Below, piece by piece: positions 58,493-64,000 of a stretch of DNA of 64,000 nt (its first letter is position 1; each line of letters opens with the position of its first letter). Position numbers and translations under genes: made by a program. Under the pieces are notes generated by a model, which had not been told where the DNA came from, ran no database searches, and saw nothing but the letters and a program-made list of their open reading frames with translations. The DNA lies in contig CDMY01000484.1 of the NCBI GenBank assembly GCA_001179505.1, forward strand, positions 4,078 through 68,077. The letters run 5' to 3'. Source of the stretch: Vitrella brassicaformis CCMP3155 (lineage: Eukaryota > Protista > Chromerida).

Positions 58493-61400
58493 TTATATAT
58501 TTACGTAATTAAAAGGGAACCATTCACCAATTACTTCATCAAAATACATTTTGTCAAATGGTGACTTTTTAAATGTTTTCTGTATGTCAGTATATAAAAT
58601 AGTAAACGGATTGACACCACTTAAAATTTGATTTTTTGTTCTTCGTGTAGCAATTTTTGTAATTCTCTTATTAAGGTATATTTTTGTTCCTTCATTTTGG
58701 AAATACATATCAGATGTTATGTAATATTCATCATCTTGTTTCACTTCTATATCACGAAGGTTTATTTTTGAAAAATACGTATCTCTAATACTTTGTTTCT
58801 TTCCTGTTTCATACCATTTTCCTTTTGCGTCTTTCTTTTTTTCAACATATTTTATTTCATCAAAAGTTTTATAACATTCACCTTTCCTTTTTATCGGAAA
58901 TCCTTTAATTCGTTTCTTCCCGTTGTCATTAAAACAGATTTCATTATTCATATCTAAATATTCTACAACATAACATTTAGGGCTTTCAAATCGTGCCTTT
59001 AATATTAATGCTTCATTATCAATATCATTAGTTAACTCACCTAATTCTACATTCTGAACAATGCATTCAGCTAATTCCTTTCCCACTTCTTCTCTTTGCT
59101 TTGCTTTGTTAATTTCTATTTGCTCTTCTCTTTTATCCTCCTTAACTTTATTTCCATCCTCATCTCTATCATTAATGATTTCTTCTATTTTAAATTTGCC
59201 GGATGCTTTTATTTTTGCAAATGCTTCATAGGTGATATACAGACTATCGGTATCTGTGTAATGAAAAACAGGTTTTTGAAGTGTAGGGTCAATCATTTTC
59301 ATAAATTGTAACATTATTCGTTTGGCGTAATCTAATATAAAAGTTCCAATGTATGATGGTTTTGTAATTTTTCTTTTCTTTTCCTTCTTCTGACCTACCA
59401 CCATTAAATATCCATCTTCCGCCGTAAGATTATGACTTTGAAATCTATAGTCTCTCCGAAATTCAAGATATTGTCTGTATGAATGTATAATTATTGTTTC
59501 TTCCTGATGTGCATGTTGCAAAAATTTTCCATATAAAGCATTCATTAACAATTTATACAACGACCTTTTCCCCTTATTTCCCTCCCTACCTGCTTGCTGT
59601 TTTTTCTCATATAAAGGTTTGATGTAAGATAAAAAGATGTCAGCTTTTTTTTCCCAAATATGGCATTCTTCGCCTTCAACAGATTCAATTTTATAGCCAA
59701 CGCTCAAAGCATCTTCAATCTGAACATTTGTATAATATCCTTTTCCTTCATGTAAATCCCAAATTAATCCATTATTTTTCGTTTTCTTTGCTAATATAGG
59801 AACTCTTATATTTTGTGGCGGTGTGTATTTTATATAATATATTCCCAATTTTCCTTTGTCAAACTCTTGTTTTGGTTCAATAATTTACTGCGTGGACCAA
59901 TTGGATATTCAAATTTTGACATAGCACTTGGATATAACGAAGATACATCTACACAAATCATGAAATCCTGTTTCTCGTAAATATTCTTATATAAATTCTC
60001 TTCCATTTTTTTATATTCCCATCGCATATATGTATCGTAATTTGCTTTATAATTTCATAGAAAATCCTTTTTATTGATTATCTAATTTTTATCATAACTC
60101 GGACTGTCATAGCATTTTAAGTATTTTGCAATATCTGTTTTCTCGTCGTTAATTATATTTATCTTATTCTCAATTCTTTCCAGCAAACCATCCATTTTTC
60201 TCTTAATAAACTGCTGTTTATCAAACTCTTTGACTGAATTTAGAGCTTCAACCAATTTATAAAAAGAACTCTCGTAGTCTCTAATGTGAGGTAAACATCG
60301 GGGACCTCGTGTAGCTTCTCTATCTACTCTATTTTCTTCCTCTGTTGGCCAATAAAGAAGTTCTAAATCAGGCAAGATTAATTCTGAACACCATAATTCA
60401 TACGTCTGTTGGCTACCTGTCATAAATCTTGTAATATTACACTGACATTCACTATATACAAGATGACCAAATGTTTCAATTAATTCCATTAATGCTTCAA
60501 CATCGTATTTTAAATAAGGTACCCATTCAAATTCCCAATTTTTTACATCATCCCAATTGTTAATTTTCTCGTGGTCAAAATCCCACTTTGACTTTTTTAT
60601 ATCAAAATCTTTACAGGCTTGTTTCAGTGATGTACCCAAAAATAAATTTATATCAAAAACCTTATTATTATCCCCAAATTCAAAACTCATTATTCTTCCA
60701 TTGTTTATCAATAAATTATTTACTTTTACACCACTGCTTACCAAATATTCAATCAAATAATAACAATCAAAACGACACCCATTAAAAGCTGTTATTATTT
60801 TGTCTGACGCATTTTTTAATATATCAACATATTTCTGAAAACAGCCTTCACCTGAAAACATATCATATTTTCCATCAATCATAAAACCGCAAGCGTATAT
60901 CTCACTTTTTTTACTTCTCATATCATACAAAAGAGTTTCACCTTCCTTTGTTTCCAAATCAAAAGGCCAGAATGTAGTTCTGTAATTAATTTCTTTTTTA
61001 TCTCTCAAATTCATTACTTTTACAAAGTCCTTTTTCTTCTGTTTTTCCCTTCTCTGATAGGATTCTCTTTGTAATATTTTTCTTTGATTTTCCTTACATT
61101 CTTCCTCTGTATGGTCTCTTTCCCACTCTGATTTACATTTTTTTACAAACCCCACATTCATACTGCTCCTCAATTAATACATAATGCCCTTCATTCTTTT
61201 CATTGAGAACTACTGCTAAATGTATTATTTCATCACCATCGTCTTCCATATAAAATTTAAATTCATTCAAAAACATGTCTGTCAGAATATATCCTTTCAA
61301 TTGACAAAATCCAAGTTTATGTTTGTAATATTTAAATATGCTTTCAATTTGATGAATATGAATAGGTGTTTTCGGTAATATTTCCAGACATTTTCTTATA

Positions 61401-62095
61401 TAGTCTGCTTTGATTACATTTCCTCTAACATTTAACTGATGATTAAAACAAGCAAATATGCAGTTATTGTTTTTTGCCTTTGGTGTATGATATTTACCTT
61501 TCATAAATGTATTGCAATCAATCGGCACTTTCTTTCCTTTTATCCATGCAAAATGCGGTAGTTGAGTTGCTATCGGGTCTGTTGTGCTATGTAACTCTCT
61601 TCCACTGCATCCTCCTCTCTGTGGTTGTCCTCTGTCTATAAGTATTTCAATGTTGTCTATCATAAACGTGTCAGGTGTATTTGATACTGATTTTTCCATG
61701 GCACTTCTTAATGCTTTCTTAACATCATTAATATCTTCAACAGGCTCTTGATGTGTGTATTGTATTCTTTTTCTATCTGACCCTTCTTTTCTGTAATAAA
61801 CAAAGTTAAGATTTACTTTCGTAAAAAGATTGGGGGTTCTATCTTTAAATCCTTCAATAATGTTTTTGTAATAATTTTGTATTTCGCTGGTTAAATAATT
61901 AATGCTATTTTCTGCTAACTCCAGTCTTTTTGTATCAACAGTCCAATTTATTAATTTTCCGTTCATTCCTTCGCCTCTCACCTCCTGTATTAAAGGTTTT
62001 CTGTTCTTTAAAAATATTCCCTGTTTTTTAATTTTATGCTCAGTTGCGAGTTTTTGAAAATTCAATCTTGCTCTACTCAGCATTATATTACTCAC
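58493..62095 (-). pseudogene. Protein-primed family B DNA polymerase (putative terminal protein + vOTU + exonuclease + polymerase), split into four ORFs
   Basis: ExoI FDLET, ExoII AFNGCRFD, ExoIII YLKYDVEAL, PolA DVSSLYP, PolB KLLMNALYGKF, PolC YTDTDS. Lesions: +1 at the 7-nt run 61138-61144, TAG 60082-60084, TGA 60055-60057, -1 near 59885. Confidence 0.92.
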
Positions 62096-62202
62096 AATTT
62101 ATTTTTCACGTATATAAAATATGTTACGAATGTTTAGAAGGAACAAATGAAATAATGGGATTTTACATATTAAAGAAATAAAATAATATTTATATAACCA
62201 AA

Positions 62203-62766
62203 ATGACGTCCAAAAAAGAATGTACAAAATGTTTTCAAATGCTAAATCTTGAGGAATTTGTTAAACATTATACTAAATATGGAGATGGATATAAAAGTTG
62301 GTGTAAAAAGTGTGATAAAGAACGTCGCAATATACTTCGCCAGCAAAGAGAACATAAAGAAATTGATGAAAATTATAGCAAGGAATGTAAAAGTTGTAAA
62401 ATCGTAAAAAATCAAAAAGAATTCAGCAAAGATAAATCTATAAAAGACGGACTGAATTATAAGTGTAAAATGTGTTTTAAAGAAGAATACCAAAAACTTA
62501 AACCTCAAATACCGCAAACAAAAAAGAAATGTACTTTTTGTTTAAAAGAAGAACCCGAAGTAGCGTTTAGTCACCGATACAAAAGAAGATGTAATATTTG
62601 TGAACAACTCGGTTACTGCGTCCGATGTGAAACAATTAAACACGTTCCAGAAGAAATGTGGTCTGTTTCTGGAAACATATGTCTGGAATGTGAAAAAAAA
62701 TTTGATAAAGAAATTAAGGATGGTAGAGAACTTTTAAATATAGTATTAAGTTGTAACAATGATTAA
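62203..62766 (+). CDS. Repeated zinc-ribbon protein (187 aa)
   Basis: Tandem KxCxxC...F......G....CKxC units of the kind found N-terminal to viral HNH/EndoVII-type homing endonucleases. No nuclease domain seen. Confidence 0.75.
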   Translation: MTSKKECTKCFQMLNLEEFVKHYTKYGDGYKSWCKKCDKERRNILRQQREHKEIDENYSKECKSCKIVKNQKEFSKDKSIKDGLNYKCKMCFKEEYQKLKPQIPQTKKKCTFCLKEEPEVAFSHRYKRRCNICEQLGYCVRCETIKHVPEEMWSVSGNICLECEKKFDKEIKDGRELLNIVLSCNND

Positions 62767-63418
62767 ATAACATCAATTTTACCTTTCTCATATTTTATCA
62801 ACTCATCTATCAGTCTATCTTTGCAATATTTAATGATTTCATCCGAAAATTTTTTTCTTTTCGCCACTTGTCTTACTTCATCCAGTGTCAAATGTAACTT
62901 CAATTGACTTTTTGCATTTTTAAATTTTTTGTTCAATTTATCCATTCTTAATTTTAAACATGTAGCACATATCATACACTTATCAACATATTTAATATTA
63001 ATAGCGTTTAAATGATTCGCATTTACTTCATTGTAATACTGTTTCTTATTTTTGTAGTCATCTTGAAAAAAACTTTATTCTCAAATCTAAATATATCTAA
63101 AACTTTCTGATAATTATACTTTGATGCTCTTTTTTTACCATTTATTTTTGTTATTAAATCTTCCAAAATTCTCGTTGTATCTAAAAATCTCTGCGTTCTT
63201 GCTAAATTCTTATTACAATCTCTGCATTTGAAATAATCAAACTTAAATATGTGTTTCTCTTTACTCAGGTAAAAAGGCTTGCTTCTAATGAGATTATAGG
63301 CTTTTTCGTTATGTATTTTGAAGTCTTCAATATATTTATGTTTCACTTCATCTTCTCGTATTACGTATTTTTCAATTTTACTTTTGAATTCTTGAACTAA
63401 TTTGTTATATGTTTCCAT
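62763..63418 (-). pseudogene. Hypothetical viral protein with two CxxC pairs, frameshifted at the 7-nt run 63066-63072
   Basis: Adding one base gives ...ENKVFFQDDYKNKKQYYNEV...DKCMICATCLKL, joining ORFs 63023-63418 and 62763-62975. Confidence 0.55.
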
Positions 63419-63520
63419 TTTTTATCTATATATAACTTATGTTCTATTTATTTAAAAGGGAAATATTATTGGTGGGTTCTATTTAAAGAAATGGGAAAAT
63501 ATATATATATATATACAGAA

Positions 63521-63646
63521 ATGAATAAGTTGGATGAAAACTGTAAATCTGTTATTGCTCAATTTGTTGGGTTTGAAGAGAAAATACAATATAATAAAGT
63601 TTTGAATGAATTATTTGAAGAATTACAGAAAAAACCAATGAAAGTG
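63521..63646 (+). pseudogene. 5' fragment of a viral gene truncated by retrotransposon insertion
   Basis: (AT)n-preceded ATG, MNKLDENCKSVIAQFVGFEEKIQYNKVLNELFEELQKKPMKV, then an abrupt switch to GC-rich element sequence. Confidence 0.65.
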
Positions 63647-64000
63647 GAAACTGTCATTAACCGTAACACTCGTCTGTGTGTCCGTGATACTCATACAAAT
63701 ACAGTCCCATCAGCACGCAGACTCAAACAGGCTCAAGGGGAGGAGGGATCAATCCCCGCCCCATCAGCACACCCCAGTCCCGCAAACCCTCCCCTCCCTC
63801 CCCCACGCAGACAGAAGCTAGTCGCACGCGCAAGGGCGATAGACAAGCGAGAGCGAATCCATCCAGACACATGACTGAACCCCCGACCCTTCCACCCCTC
63901 CTTCTCCAACAGCGCATGAGCCATGTGGGCGATGAACACGTTGGCATCGTGTCCCCACACACCGTCACACGTCACCACCAGAGGGCAGAAGGTCACGCGG
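63647..64000 (-). mobile_element. 3' end of a CRE-like (restriction-like endonuclease) non-LTR retrotransposon; continues beyond the window
   Basis: Minus-strand peptide TFCPLVVTCDGVWGHDANVFIAHMAHALLEK...VSGWIRSRLSIALARATSFCLRG...DGAG matches the conserved C-terminus of CRE-clade RT-RLE ORFs. Stop at 63733, then ~86-nt 3' UTR ending GTTACGGTTAATGACAGTTTC. Confidence 0.85.

Larger units (their letters stand above)
44030..63646. mobile_element. Endogenous Maverick/Polinton-like virus (pPolB + RVE integrase + DJR capsid module), degenerate; right end not in window
   Basis: Abrupt switch to AT-rich, intronless, tightly packed ORFs. Contains the hallmark set: A32-like ATPase, major and minor capsid, rve integrase, protein-primed PolB. 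The left boundary is approximate and could lie up to ~300 bp further left. Confidence 0.93.

Noticed and set aside
44774-60084. Stop-codon reassignment (alternative genetic code) in the virus
   Set aside because: All three stop codons occur internally, all three also end genuine ORFs, internal stops are rare, and one TAG aligns with Ser in paralogous repeats. Point mutation explains this better.
51872-63815. ~168-bp inverted repeat pair (51872-52039 / 63647-63815) as the Polinton TIRs
   Set aside because: One copy sits inside the penton gene with its own 13-bp TSD, and the sequence encodes a CRE retrotransposon C-terminus. These are two independent insertions.
1-64000. tRNA/rRNA genes and the many short six-frame ORFs in the host half
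   Set aside because: No cloverleaf or rRNA signature was seen. Most short ORFs are shadow frames or read through (GT)n/(CA)n introns.

Overview
Eukaryotic genomic DNA in two compositionally distinct halves. Positions 1 to ~43,700 are GC-rich (visibly >50%), intron-dense host sequence with short GT-AG introns and many (GT)n/(CA)n tracts. The style suggests a chromerid alveolate such as Vitrella, but this is an unverified inference. This half holds a run of secreted or membrane-anchored glycan-modifying genes: an animal/actinomycete-type GH13 alpha-amylase, a GT64-GT34 fusion glycosyltransferase, a CAP59/GT69-like gene, a large IPT + glucose/sorbosone-dehydrogenase-like propeller protein, and two arylsulfotransferases plus a fragment. 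It also holds a TA-flanked TIR transposon, several repeat arrays and three 300-N gaps. Positions ~44,030-63,646 are an intronless, strongly AT-rich, gene-dense endogenous Maverick/Polinton-like virus. It encodes an A32-type packaging ATPase, a double-jelly-roll major capsid protein, a penton, a fibre with an S74 chaperone, LamG proteins, an RVE integrase, a protein-primed PolB with a putative terminal protein + vOTU N-terminus, and many small membrane proteins. The virus is decaying: about 13 frameshifts or in-frame stops can be reconstructed by eye. It has been hit twice by the same CRE-like (RLE) non-LTR retrotransposon. One hit is a 264-bp internally deleted derivative with a 13-bp TSD inside the penton gene. 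The other is a longer copy whose 3' end occupies 63,647-64,000 and which runs out of the window. All family assignments come from recognising motifs by eye; no database searches were run.
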